NCBI RefSeq assembly: GCF_026571515.1
Contig: NW_026856091.1
Location: 1-64,000 of the forward strand
Length of the DNA stretch: 64,000 bases
Direction of reading: 5' to 3'
From: Ruditapes philippinarum
Taxonomy: Eukaryota
Below the pieces are notes generated by a model. That model was not told the DNA's origin and did no database searches. It worked only from the letters and a program-made list of their open reading frames with translations. Shown piece by piece: positions 39,601-52,935 of the stretch (positions are counted from its first letter, which is position 1; each line of letters opens with the position of its first letter). A program made the position numbers and the translations under genes.

Positions 39601-40612
39601 TTTAAATGTCTAATTTAGCATTTCATTTTCTGTATGACATACCGGATTTCACATATTTTACTTTCTATATAACATACCTGATTAAGCCTTTTCATATTCG
39701 GTATAAATATACCTGATTTAGCATTTTATATTATATGTGGCATACCTAATTTAGCTTTTTCATATATTATATTACAGACCTGTTTAAGCCTTTCATAGTT
39801 TCTATAATATACCTTATTTAGACTTTTCATATTCTTTTTAAAATACCTGATTTAGCATTTTCCTACTTGATATAATGACCATAGTTAGCCTGTTATACCT
39901 TATTAGGTTTTTTATTATGGTATAAATAACACACCTGATTATTCCTTTTCATATTCTATATACCATACCTATCTTTATCTTTCTAAATTTTATATAAAAT
40001 AACTGATAATGACTTTTCATATTCTACATAACATGCATTACTTAGACTTTTCATATTATTTCATTACTTCACTGATTTAGGCTATCTGTTTTCTACAAAT
40101 AAACCTGACTTGGCTTTTTCATATTCCATATAGCATACATGATAAAGCGTTTTCATGTTCTATATAATACATCTGATTTAGCCTTTTCATATATATATTA
40201 TATAACATACCTTATGAAGCCTTTTCAAATTTTATATAACAAACCTGATTTAACCTTTTCATATATATATTATATAACATACCTGATGAAGCCTTTTCAA
40301 ATTTTATATAACAAACCTGATTTAACCTTTTTTATATATTATATAACATATTCTTTTAAAATATCTGATTTAGCCTTTTTATATTCTGTATACATATACC
40401 GTATTATTAAGCCTTTTACATATATTATATCAACTACATTCTATAAAACATACCTGATTTAGACTTTTCATATTTTGTAAAACATACCTGATTTAGCCTT
40501 TTCATATTATATACAACAAACCTGATTTAGATTTTTCATATTCTATATAACATACCTGATTTAGCCGTCTCATATTCTATATATTAACATACCTAATTTA
40601 GCCTTTTCATAT
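36635..40612. repeat. 34-bp minisatellite (ACATACCTGATTTAGCCTTTTCATATTCTATATA)n in NLR intron 4, interrupted at 37794-39530
   Basis: Period of 34 measured (40483, 40517, 40551); about 60 degenerate units. The last unit overlaps exon 4. Confidence 0.92.
37794..39530. mobile_element. Candidate solo LTR (~1.74 kb)
   Basis: TGTCACA...TGTGACA inverted termini and a 5-bp TATAT duplication (37789-37793, 39531-39535). Interrupts the 34-bp array; internal short direct repeats at ~39120-39290. Confidence 0.7.
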
Positions 40613-40662
40613 CTTAACTGTTTTTGTTGAGGAGAATCGTTTTCCTTGAGTCTTTTTATCTC
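40593..40662 (-). CDS. NLR-like gene exon 4 (EIKRLKENDSPQQKQLRYEKAKL + 1 nt)
   Basis: Acceptor TTATGTTGTAG, donor TAG|GTATGT, 70 nt, phase 0 to 1. It exactly bridges phase-0 exon 3 and phase-1 exon 5, giving YEKAKL-A-MRKKLMDQY. Confidence 0.8.
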
Positions 40663-40950
40663 CTACAACATAAATAATAATACAGGTAGTTTTATATCCA
40701 ATAATTTGCAAAAATTATTGTCTTTGGACAGTCCGTCTAACATATAGTGCCCCAATATATCTAATAAAATAAACATCAAATTGAATATATATTATAGAGT
40801 TTATTTTCTAAATTAAATTTGGAACTTTTATTGCTATAGATCCTAAGGAAATATTTCATTACAGCATTTTGTGAAAATCATACAATGTACAAAATTTTTA
40901 CTATAGAGTATTGAATGTTTCTACAAAATATTTGAATTGAAAGATAATCA

Positions 40951-43900
40951 AACAAGAGGTTCATAATAGCTCTAATATCGCTCCCCATGACAAGGTACAA
41001 GTTATTTGTAAACTATAAATGAAAGCTGATTTTACACTGATATCACAAAGTTCATATGCATTAGTATTTGGATCTGGAATAATGCATGCGTTTAATATTG
41101 ACTAGTTGCTTTTGGAAAAAAGTGCTATTAGATGTCACTGTTAGCTATACAAAATAAATGGGTTTTTTTTTGGGGGGGGGGGGTTGTTTGTTTTTTATTT
41201 ATACATTTGAGGAAAATCAATAACCCACCCGGGGCAAGGCCAATTTTGACACCCGGCTTTTTGTCAACAAACTTGAAAGACACTCATTAGAAGATGCTTT
41301 ATGCCAAATATCTAAGTTCTAGCCATTTGGCTTTTAAGGAAAATGTTTCTGGTTTTCTTTTTTATATTATTAAAAATTATTAAGAAANNNNNNNNNNNNN
41401 NNNNNNNNNNNNNNNNNNNNNNNNNNNNNNNNNNNNNNNNNNNNNNNNNNNNNNNNNNNNNNNNNNNNNNNNNNNNNNNNNNNNNNNNNNNNNNNNNNNN
41501 NNNNNNNNNNNNNNNNNNNNNNNNNNNNNNNNNNNNNNNNNNNNGGAAAATTAAAAGGAAAATCAATGACCCCCTGGGACGTAGCAAATTTTTACTCAAC
41601 AGCTTTTATTTGAACAAACTTTAAACACACCCAACACTAGAAGATTTTTTATAATATATATCGAAGCTCTAGGTCTTTAGGTATTTTCAAAAAAAGACTT
41701 TTTCTATTTTTTACTATATGAATTTGAAAAATTTGACCTCACAGCTTTTATGTGAACAAACTAAGTAGAGACCGACTAGAAGATTTTTTATGCTTAATAT
41801 CTAAGCTGTAAGTTTTGGGATGTTTTGAAAATATTATTTAAGTGTTTTCATTGCGTTGTCATGACAAGCAGAGTAGTGCATGGAATTCAATTATGTGAAC
41901 AATTTTCAAAAGTGACCGCCCAAGGAACAGTTCCGTATAGTTGCGATGAAATTTGCTTTGCGATTTATGAGGACATGTCGTTTAAAGTTAAACTTTATGG
42001 ACAGAAGGACGCTGGATGAAAAGCGATCACAGAATCTCACCCTGTCACTTTGAGCTAAAACGAGATTGCAGAATGTTGTTCCACCGCTTTCCCACAACAC
42101 TTCAAAGTTCAAATTAACATCTAAAATGTCCATATTGTCAAATTGTATAGCTGTTCATCAAAGAACAAGAAAGTATGTCATCTGTCAATCTCTATGTCAG
42201 CTGCATGCATGATATTAATATTCATTTTTTATCCAAGGCTGTGCACATTGTCCAAATTTCATTGCAGTACATAAACAGACAAGGTCAAAATTTGGAGTTA
42301 AGGGTTTAAGTAAAACCATCTGGATACAGGTCCATAAGACAATGTTTCATCTCAAATATCAACGCTGTAACTTTATCGTATTTAAAAGATTTAATTTCTG
42401 TTTGTACTTATGTACATAACAAAAATCAATGGCCTACGGATCGAGGCCAATTTTGATCACAGGGCATTACTTTGAACAATATTGGTCCACTTCACATGTT
42501 TTTCATGTAAAATATCCAACCTTTAGCCCTTGTCAGTTCAGAGATGAAGATTTTTTAAGTTTTTAACATATACATATCAGGAAAACCTATGCCCCTCGAG
42601 GCGGGGTCAATTTTGACACATAGGGGCAAAATTTGAACAACTTTCGTAAAGGACAAATAGATGATATTTTATAGCAAATACCAATGCTCTAAGCCTTGTA
42701 CCTTCAGACAAGAATATGTATTAAGTTTTTACTATGTACATATGAGGAGAACCTATGGCTCTCTAAGGAGGGGATAATGTTGACACAAGAGGCAAAATTT
42801 AAACAACTTTCAATAGTTAGAAAAGTAATAATCAAGGTCACGATGACCTAAATATCGCTCACCTGATTACCGAGGCTGAATATTAAAATTGTAAGCAATC
42901 AATGAAATAGTGCAAATCTTTCATTTTTTATTCTATTTTTTCCATATATGCTCTTATATGTATTGTTACCATTTTTACCTCAGATTACCCTTATTCAAAC
43001 CTAAACTTGATATCATACCATCAACTTTTCTGACCAATATTCAGGATATTTTGGCTAAAAGAGTAACCTCTTGAGTGATAGCAAAGCTTTTCCATTTTTT
43101 GTCTGTGTAAACTAGATTTGGACCATGGATGACCAATGTTCACTGCTTAACTAAAAGAACATCACAACAAACTTTGTGATACATTTTCATGATATTAGGG
43201 ATGAAAATATTACCGTTATATCTTCATTTTTTTTAAAGATTTTACTTTGTCAACAATTTTGACCCCAGGACTTATATTTGCATAATCTTAGAAGAGGTCT
43301 TCTGCACAATGTTTCATGCCAAACAACTTAGTTTTAGTATTTCTTAAATCACAGAAGATGAAAATTTAAAACCTTTTTTTACAACGTCTTTAAAAGGGAA
43401 AATCAATGAAACCTAGAGGGGGACCATTTTGCCCCCAAGTTTAAATTTTAAAAATATGGGGTAAGATCTACTACCAAATTTTTATGCCAAATACTTATCT
43501 CTATTTTTGTAAATTTCCCGGGAAGATTTTGTTTTTTTAATTTTCATTTTATGCAGAGAAGGCGTATCAATGACCCCTGGGGCGAGGTCAATATTGACCC
43601 AAAACCTTTAATTTGAAACGTTCTTGTAGAGTTTATGAGACAATGATATTGCTATACACAAACTATTTAGGCCTTGCAATTTAAAAGGAGAATCATTTTT
43701 AGTTTTTACATACCCATATGAGGAAAATCAATGACCCCCTAGGGCCAGGCCAATTCTGAGACCTAGTCCTATAATTTGAACATGAGGTGACGCTACACAC
43801 AAGATCTTTAAGCTCTAGACATGCACTTTCAGATATATTGTTTAAATGATGACGGACGAACGGACGCACTGGCACCAACTGTACTGACGGACGATGGACG

Positions 43901-43960
43901 CCGGACGAATTGTGATCAAAAAAGCTCACCTTGAGCACTTTGTGTTCAGATGAGCTAATA
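40951..43960 (+). mobile_element. Cluster of HINE/CvA-like elements with tandem ~170-190-bp core repeats
   Basis: Start AACAAGAGG...ATATCGCTC; repeated GGCCAATTTTGACCC...TTTGAACAAACT...CCAAATATC..GCTCTAG monomers; GACG microsatellite; ends ...GAGCTAAAA (42060) and AGCTCACCTTGAGCAC...GAGCTAA (43960). Confidence 0.75.
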
Positions 43961-43980
43961 ACCCAAGAATCATATCTGTA

Positions 43981-44755
43981 CGAGGTTTGTTCGCAGCCCG
44001 ATGTACTTCTAGCCACTTCACTGACATTTACACACGATACGTCGATACTGATTTCTTATTGTTGATTACTAACCGAGTTACACGTGGTTTTACACAGATT
44101 AAGTAACATTAAACACACTGTGATCCGTAGTTGGATGTGCCAGTTAGAACAAATGGAGAAAGTTCAGAGCTGTCATTAAGTACCTCTGTAAACAAGGTAT
44201 GTCCCAAAAATTCAAGAAAGTGCCATCAGCATGGAAGATGACGGCTTCAATTTTTGGGATAATCAATTGGATAATCATGATTGACTAGCTTGAGCAAGGT
44301 CGTACCATAAACGTTACGTAATATTCAGGCGCATTGAAATGTGTACATTAAGAAATCCCGCCTAAAAAGAGGGGCAATCTGACTGAAGGCGTTCTGCTCC
44401 TGCTCGACAATGTGCCAGCTGACACATCCAAAATTGTGATGGCCGGCGGCTTTGAAATTCTCCCCCCCCCCATATTCACCGGACTTTGTCCAACTTTTAC
44501 TTCTACCTATTTCCGAATCTTCAAATCAAGCTTCGTGGTAGACTTTTTGGAAGCAATGAAGGTGTCATGGAGGCAGTCAATGATTTCTTTGAGGACCAAA
44601 ATAGAGAGTTCTATTTTGAAGGATTAAACAAGTTGGAGCCTAGGTGGGAAAAGTGCATTGATGAGGAGGGCGATTATGTTGAAAAGTAATACCATTATTA
44701 AGGTTCTCTGACTACCGGAAGTACATCGGGCCAAGAATATTTTGATCTTTCCTCG
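43981..44755 (+). mobile_element. Internally deleted mariner (Tc1/mariner) element
   Basis: TA|CGAGG...CCTCG|TA ends. Transposase remnants RAVIKYL, LEQGRTIN, VLLLLDNVPADT, PPYSPD and FYLFPNL...RWEKCIDEEGDYVEK*. Confidence 0.92.
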
Positions 44756-47271
44756 TAAAGTTTAGTCAAAATCTTCCTTAAGTAAAGATGGTTGACAAAC
44801 AATGGTGACAAACACAATACAAGAAGCGCCGCAATTCAACAGAACCATGTGATCAACGACCAAGTATTGATGTGACAGGAATCAATAGGTCAAAGGGTAC
44901 TGAGTTATTGAGTAGAGCTGAATAATTTAGCATATGTAAGTGACATTGACCTTGCTATCACATCCGTAAGTTGCAGTCCTACCTTCCCGCCCACCTTCCT
45001 TCGTTAACAAAAAATGTCATCACAAAAAATGAGTTGAAAACACAAAAGTCGTAACATTATAGAAGCATGATCAGTAAAGTCAAATTCCTATTTAAGTCAA
45101 AGTTATAAACATGATCCTGAGGCATGGCTCTTTTTGAACCACTATTATGATTTTCATAACTCAATGCTGCATACGTAATATGTAACATTTCAGGTTTGGC
45201 CATTTAGTTACAAGGGGTTTACATGTATTACTCATGATTATGATTTTCATAACTCAGGCAATGCTGCATAATAAATATGTAACACTTCAGGTTGGGCCAT
45301 TTATTTCCATGAGACAAGATTTATGTTACTTTTGGAGATGGCAACAAGAGCATCATTCCTGTAAAGGTTGTTCAAAATATTTTTTTGTAGTTTGAGCCGA
45401 CATGTTCTTACATGGAATTGTCAACAGTTAACCTCAGTTATAGATCAAAGTTGAATTTAAATTATACAACAAGCTAGAATTTCACAAGTGTAGTTTAGTT
45501 CCAGAATGAATCAGAACTGTGCATTATCATTAAGTACAATATTATTTTATTTAAAGCAGACTATAAATCAAGCTTAAGGTCAAGGTTCCCATTTATGATT
45601 ATTTCTTTATATTATCTGATAATGAAAATAAATTGACCGTTACAGTGAATTTTCTATTGTTACTCAAGCACAATGCAGAGTGTACATTTGTGCTGCTGAA
45701 AAGCACTCTATGATACGTATATGTACAATTTCAATATTTTATGAATACATTTAATATCATGCGTGCACCTTAACTACATTTGCCGTTGAATTCGGAATTT
45801 AAACATCACTTGTTAAAGTAATACTTGCGTTAAAACTGATGTCGACAAAATGTCTCGAAATTCGATCAATAAGAAAATTTGGCACAAGGAAAGCGAAACA
45901 CTGTCTGAAACGTACCAAAGGATACTGGCTATTAAAAGAAATGTTCAGTAAGCAATAACCTAGTTTTTGATAAGCATTATTGATTGCTTGAGAAAGAGTA
46001 GTAAAGAAATACAGGTTTTGTTCCAGTGTTTTGGGAACATATCCCATAATTGATCCTTGATGTTGATTACGTCAATCACACGGTAAATGGAAAGATTGCG
46101 GGAAATGGAGGGAGAGGCAGAAGAAGGAAGATATCAAGTATGTTGGTGACGTGTATTGACTTGAGGTTGGAGAAACACGTTTGACTCTGCAAACATTATC
46201 ATCGATGTTCGATACCGGACGGTGCAGTCCATTTAAACTGTGGACTTTAAAATGCGAAAGCTAAGTGCATTCTATTATCTTTTAAACTTTTTAAAGATAT
46301 TTTACTATTTTGCGAATTTAACCGTTTACTCATTTTAACTTACTTAAACGTCAATTGTCAATAAATGGGTAATTGGCAATAAAGTACAGAAGGAATGTTT
46401 AATATTCATTTATAGAAACTTTTAATCAAGGACAAGTTTTTTGCTTCAAATTATTAAAAAAGTGTTTTTGATATTGGATTCTTTTCAGAAAAAACAACAC
46501 ACACACACAAACGTGTTTGTTAAACAAAATACCTCGGCTCAGATTTTTGTCAGTAACTATATTCAAAAAATGTTTACACATTTACTCAGTTACAGACATA
46601 AAATTTGCCAAAAAATTGTAAACACATTTATTTAACTTGACACAGTCATGGCGTTTTGTATTTGTGAAGAAGATTATTGGCAAGTCATTGCTGTGACTTG
46701 TGATGAAATTGAAAAATATTCAACTTTATCAAATATATTTGAATTTAAGACTTAAACTCGGACCCAGTGACTCTACTAAATTCCCTCCAAACTTAAAGGA
46801 TCACCTCAGGTATGTTCCTTGTAAATATGAGACATTGGTAAGATTACAAAGGCTGTATAAGAATGTGTAAAAAAAATTATAGTGTTAGCATAAGTGCAAT
46901 TGACCTTGACTCCCAGCACTGGACCATCCAATGTCTGTTCCTACGAAATATGAAAACATCAGTCTGTAAATGCAATGTGTAAAATATATTTCTGTCACCA
47001 TTGACCTTGACCCACGGACCTCTAGTTTAATCCAAAGGATCAATTTTATGTTCCTACCAAATATAAAAGACACATCTCAATAGAGTAAGGTTATACACCT
47101 TTAAGAGTGCAAAAAACTTTTTTCGACATTGTGACCTTGACCTTGAACTAAATAAACCCTTATTAAACCCAAAGCAAGAAGACTTCCCTTGACATGTTTG
47201 TATCAAACATGAAATACATTTACTTACAAACAATGTATAAATAAAGGCTGTATGAGCAAAAATGTTTAAAA

Positions 47272-48764
47272 GAATTACAGTCAAATCGGCCCTAAGTCAG
47301 ATCGGCCCCAAGTCAGATCGGCCACAAAATAGTCAAATCGGCCCCAAGTGAAATCGGCCTCAAGTCAGATCGGCCCCATTTTTTTTCTTAATTCATTATT
47401 CATTTTCTTATTTTTTAAATGTTGATAAAAAACAATCGTGTGGATGGGAATACCAAATGACAAACAATGGATTACATAGAAAACAAGAACAAAACATATA
47501 ATAATCAGTCGAATTTATTATATTCATTTGAAGTCATTTTTATCAAGAGTTTAATATATATGTTTTTTTATAATTATACTGAGACTTTTTTAAATTTTGT
47601 TAATTATGATTTTATACACAGAGATGGAATCAAGGTAAGTAGAATTTTTAATTAAATGTGATTACTTCAGCTTTAAAGACACCACAGTCTAAAACGCGGA
47701 CGTCTTAAGTTGTTGGTGATATCATTTCTTTTATAGTTCTTTTATAGTTTTTTTTAATTTAAAGAAATTAAATTTAGATTGATTAAATATATAATTTATC
47801 CAGATGTGTTGGACACGTGTAACTAATAAACAGCTAATTTAAAGTGTGAACAACATGCTACCTGATTAAACGTCTCACTCTTTAATTGAATGGATATCTC
47901 TAAAAATAAGTATTTTTCGGACAAAATAATCATAACAGAACAGAACATATACTTTATTTCTGACTGGGGCATAATACCCATCATCTCAACATACATATAC
48001 ATGTATATTTATTATAATGCATGCACCAAGAAAGCATGATATAATAAATTCAAGGAGTTATATTCACATAATTAAATACCGATTTTTTTAAAGGGACAGT
48101 TTGAGAATTTACGTTTCGTATTCGCATTCGTTTATATATGATGGTCATCAATTAAATATCAAATTATACATTCATATATGATATCTATATTGTCTGCGTG
48201 TTCCTATAGCCACTCATGTGCGACAAATCAAATTAAGTTTGAACATCACATAATTTTGTACCGTCACGTTTAATCAGGTAGCACGTTAATCACACTTAAT
48301 TATCGTTAATTGCATCAATCATTCGTTAATCCAGTAGCATTGCATCTCTATTTATTATTATCAATAAACTATAATTTAAATTAAAACTACTTTTTTTTTA
48401 AAAAATGCATTTAGAAAATTAGTAAAATACATGTTTGACTGTTGCGTGTGTGTGTATTTGCGTTTATTTATACTCGCCACCGGTTGCCCATATGGGCGAG
48501 TCCTCCAGAAGAGTATTAGTCATTTTATTTTTTGGAGGATAGTGCAATTATAGATACAGAAAGATGCCCCAATTCCAGAAGCTTCTCCTGGTTCTTTAGC
48601 GTGCCAAGTGTTTAAGCACCCATACACGGGACCTCGATTTAAAGTCTCATCCGAAAGACTGATTAGTAATTTAAGTTGGCTAGCCCGGGAATCGAACCCA
48701 CAATGTCGAGATTACAAGTCTCGCGCTCTAACCGATTGAGCTATGCGGGCTGGCTGACTGTTGC

Positions 48765-48798
<34 letters not shown>

Positions 48799-49380
48799 TT
48801 ATACATAACTGATTAAATTCATTTCACTCAAAATTGTTTGTTAAAAAAGCCGAATTCAATGCATGATTATTTGAGACAATGACTAAATTGATTAAAGACA
48901 CGTGATAATTGTTTGTTTTTCACATAATTATTTATCTTCAAAACGTAGACCGACCTTTAAATGTTCAGATATTTAATTGTAATTAAATGTAGATATCAAT
49001 CAACAACCAAAGCACACCTGCATAATTACATTAATAACAATTATCACTAGCATCAAAACTGTCTCAATTTTGTAATGAATTATTTTTAATTGGTACATTT
49101 ATGTTAAAGTACAATTCTCAGTTAATAACCTTGTAATTTTTGGCGTATAACATTATTTTAACCAAAATTGGATTTTTCATAAAAATAACTTTAGGGCCGA
49201 TTTGACTAGTTGTGAGGCCTATTCGACTAGTTTTGGGCCGATTTGACTAGTTTTGGGGCCGATTTGACTTTTTAAAATTGTTGTGTGGCCGATTTGACTA
49301 ATCTTGAGGCCGAATTGACTAATTTTGGGGCCGATCTGACTTGGGGCCGATCTGACTTGTGGCCGATTTGACTAGTTTGC
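47272..49380. mobile_element. MITE-like element with tandem subterminal AGTCA(A/G)ATCGGCCCCA repeats in inverted orientation
   Basis: Arrays at 47279-47378 and 49194-49373 are inverted relative to each other. GTTTAAAA duplication at 47264-47271 and 49381-49388. Inserted in an older repeat bearing TGACCTTGACC motifs. Confidence 0.8.
48446..48754 (-). mobile_element. Full-length Meta-domain SINE with a tRNA-Thr(TGT)-like head
   Basis: The head at 48679-48754 has A box TAGCTCAATCGG, anticodon arm CGAGA-CTTGTAA-TCTCG and B box GGTTCGATTCC. Core GTCTTTCGGATGAGACTTTAAATCGAGGTCCCGTGT...GCACGCTAAAGAACC; (CA)n tail; perfect 10-bp TSD TGACTGTTGC (48436-48445, 48755-48764). Confidence 0.9.
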
Positions 49381-50535
49381 GTTTAAAAATATAATTTTTT
49401 AACAACAGTGACCTTGACCTTGGCCCTAGAGACCCCTTACTCAACCACCAATTAAAGGGCGATTAAAGGAATTACCTTCCAAATATGACAGATATTATTA
49501 ATAACAGGCAATGATGGACAGTCGGACGGATGGACAGACGGTTCAACAACTATATGCCTAGGGCACAAAAAGTTTTAAATCATATATTGTGATACCTTGA
49601 GAGTGAGTACTAGATGTACAAGAATAATATTCCAAAACGAATATATATTTTGCTTTGCATGCTCTTATTGTATCAGCTTAAGACTAGAAATGATTATGTA
49701 ATAATACTATGTTGACAAAAATATAAGCTGATACCCTGTGGACTTATGCAGATTAGCAGAGGGTGGCATACTGTTAGTTCAGTATTTCACAACTTTCAAA
49801 ACAAACAAAACAAGGATGATAGGTGGCACTGTTGAACATAATTATGATAATCAGTGCTTTATAAGCTGATTATATCTAAAGATTTCTTTTTATTTCTTTA
49901 TAGTTATGTAATCCCACCTCAGTTTCTACTCTTGCGTGATCTAGTTTCCTGTCAGTTTGAATTTAATTTGGCAACATGTTTTTTATGCATAAAATTAAAC
50001 AATTTTAATTCTTGCATTACTTTAATTAATTTTTGATGAATAAGTATATGAAATTTAAACAGATATGATATAATAAAGTTATTTTATAACACTGGTATAG
50101 ATTGTTCACCATAAAAATGTGATAATTAGGCTTTGCGAATGCAAGCATGTTTTAAAAATAAGCCGCCATGTTCTTACAGTCATAACATACTTAAAAACAT
50201 TCAAAATAGTAGGTCTAAAAATCAGATGGTTTCGCCGGCGGAACATTCATAGGCATACTTCGAAAATAAAAATAGTGCCATTTTTGTAACATGCAGGGGA
50301 TATATTATGTGTTTTTATGTAAATATTCAATGAGTAATATATGTTTTAAGTAATAAATCAAGTCCGGTTGTAACAGAAAACAATGGGCATCATGAGTTCA
50401 CAAAGCTTTCTAGACTGAATGTGTGCCTTACCAAGCTTATAATAATGTTTCTCATACAAACATTAGTTCTATGTTTGTATGGAATACATTAACTGAAATA
50501 TCAACTAGAAACAAAGGATAGAAAAAACATTTTAC

Positions 50536-50703
50536 CTCTTTTAGTTTGGACATCTGTGTTTCAAGTTTATTTGTGAGCACCTCAAATTCCTCTTTGGTGG
50601 GAGAATTTTCAGCCAATTTTTGAACTTTCGCCAATTCCTCCTTGATTTGCCTCAGGATTTCTTTAAAGTCTTCAGTGGTAACAATGAAATCTTTCTTCTT
50701 CAG
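50536..50703 (-). CDS. NLR-like gene exon 3, coiled-coil linker (LKKKDFIVTTEDFKEILRQIKEELAKVQ...MSKLKE)
   Basis: Acceptor TTATTTTTCATCAG, donor GAG|GTAAAA, 168 nt, phase 0 to 0; heptad-like charged/hydrophobic pattern. Confidence 0.85.
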
Positions 50704-52106
50704 CTGATGAAAAATAACAATTTTGTTACATTTTCAGAGAAGTATGTGTATCTGTGTGTTTTTTTTATATTTATATATTCTATACAACATATTTTAAATA
50801 AGGACAAAACTTTATTTTAAACTAATAATTTTATCTTAGAATAACCAATAAACAAATTAATAAAAAATAAATCAACAATATAATATTTTACACAATTGAA
50901 ATAATAAACAATTGAAGGTATTTAAATATAATTAGAGGCCGAATGACGAACGCAACACATGTGTTCAATCCCATGCGCGTGTCAAACTGTTCAGCGCCTC
51001 GTTAAATTTTCGAGATCATATCCACTCCTTTGCAATGACGTTTTGATTGTATTTGAGAGGTATGTCTGCAGATGCGTGTACATTTCCGATTTTCTTAACT
51101 AATTGGATACACACACTTTTTTTACTCGCTAAATAGAAATTATTTACTTTTTCAGAGTAATCGAATATCAATTTTGGTGACCGATATTTGGACATGCGAT
51201 CGAGCACTGGGTTAACCGGTTACTCATAGCCATCCCTAAAGATGATCTCAATTGCTCTATTATTTTATCTATAATACTTTTCTGAGGGCTTCTAAAATTT
51301 ACTTTTATAAGAGGGTATGTGGTATAGGTATCTAGCTATCGGCTTCTTATTTTCTTACTTCTGTTGATACATATATTTCAGTGTAACATGGAGTTCGAAT
51401 TTTAGGAGGTTCCGGAATTCATATAATACTTCTCTGTATCTTAGTTTCACACTAAATTCAAGGGTTTTACATGCTTGAAAGGTTGAGGTTCTAATAGGGG
51501 TCAAGATATATGGTCACTGCTAATTGGAAGATAAAAACATTTTGCAAAATCGTTTGGACTTCATAGTTTACAAGTACGAGAATTCAGAGGTATGAATTAT
51601 AAAGGTCTCAGCCTTGGTACTTTTGAAGATACAAATGTTTTGTAGGTTTAATCACCTCAGGTATAATAAACATTTACACCCTTTTACAATTTCAAGATCT
51701 TAGCAGACACATTTTAATTGATATTATCTAAAACTTTAACACACAATCGTTTGGAATTCAGAATTTTTGAAGTCCGGAATTTCAAAGGTATAAATCATAA
51801 AGAATTTCCAGACCCTGAATATTGTTCGGATTTCAAGAGTTTACGGGTATTAGAAATTTCGGACTTCGTATGTTACACTGTGCTTAGATGCTTTTTGTAA
51901 ATAATCAAATATGTTTTAGGTACATATGTATTTTATGCGACTTTATCAATTCACTTAAGGAAACTATTTTTTAATTTGACTACTATTTACCATTGTTAGC
52001 TATGTTACCTATATAATTTATTTTGTCCTTAATTTTGTTGTTTGTTATCTTAACAATCTTAAATTAACTGCATACAGATTTCAAACTTCAGAATATTTAC
52101 ACTTAC

Positions 52107-52265
52107 ATCTTGCAGTTTCGTCACCGCTATCTGAGTATCTGATCGTTGTAATAGCTCCTTACCATCTTGTAGAACTGCAATCATATCCTCAATATACATA
52201 TTTGCCTCACTTTCTTCTAATTCCATGCTGCTTGAGTGAAAAATAGTATTTCTATACTGACGCAC
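52107..52265 (-). CDS. NLR-like gene exon 2, HEPN motif exon (VRQYRNTIFHSSSMELEE...TKLQD)
   Basis: Acceptor CTCTATTCAATAG, donor GAT|GTAAGT, 159 nt, phase 0 to 0. RNTIFH at 52236-52253. Confidence 0.9.
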
Positions 52266-52935
52266 CTATTGAATAGAGAACACAGATTCAATATTTCTAT
52301 GCATAAATATTCAGTGCTCTGCAATCATAATTATTTTGTTGAAAATTGTTTAGGTAATTACCTACATATAAGATGTAATCATGAGTTATTTTTCATGTCT
52401 TATTTTTGTCATTCAATTTGAGAAAAAGACAAATTGTAAAATTTAATTTTGGGAAAAATATGCCAGCGTTCAAGATGTTAAAATGCTTTATGAACTCAAT
52501 AAATCTTATTGAAACTGCTCAGAAATTAAAAGATATCCGAAACGTCCAAAATGCTATTGCACACCAAATACAAAATACCTTTTCCTAGGAAATAACCGAT
52601 CTCAGGATCGGGAATTTGTTTTAGATTAGGAAAGAAAGAACACAATTTAGATTGAGAATAAGGCTTATATTTGGACCCATGAGATATGGGGAAAAGAACA
52701 TGCATACAAACAGTAAATATTAACCACAATTCTTGTGAATTGTTACAATAAAATGTTGCATCAAAAAAGATTGGTGATTTTTTTATACATTTGTTGTGAA
52801 TCATTAGAGTGTATATTACTTCATTACCTTAATAGTTAAATTTTCATTTTCAATTTTACTTTAATGCTGAATAAACAGCATTAACATTAAAATAGAGCTT
52901 ATAAAAGATAAATAAATTGTGTTTTAATGATTTAC

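Noticed and set aside
24345-40612. CRISPR-like appearance of the 29-bp and 34-bp periodic repeats
   Set aside because: Units are contiguous and degenerate with no unique spacers, there are no cas genes, and the context is a spliced eukaryotic locus.
45790-46180. Possible LINE reverse-transcriptase relic on the minus strand
   Set aside because: Only faint motif hints; not supportable without a translated search.
48679-48754. Possible tRNA-Thr(TGT) gene
   Set aside because: It continues into a Meta domain and (CA)n tail inside a 10-bp TSD and has an acceptor-stem mismatch, so it is a SINE head.
49915-49965. Possible extra coiled-coil micro-exon (KLDHARVETE|GTGGGA) of the NLR
   Set aside because: The only nearby AG acceptor gives the wrong phase or an in-frame stop, and the model closes without it.
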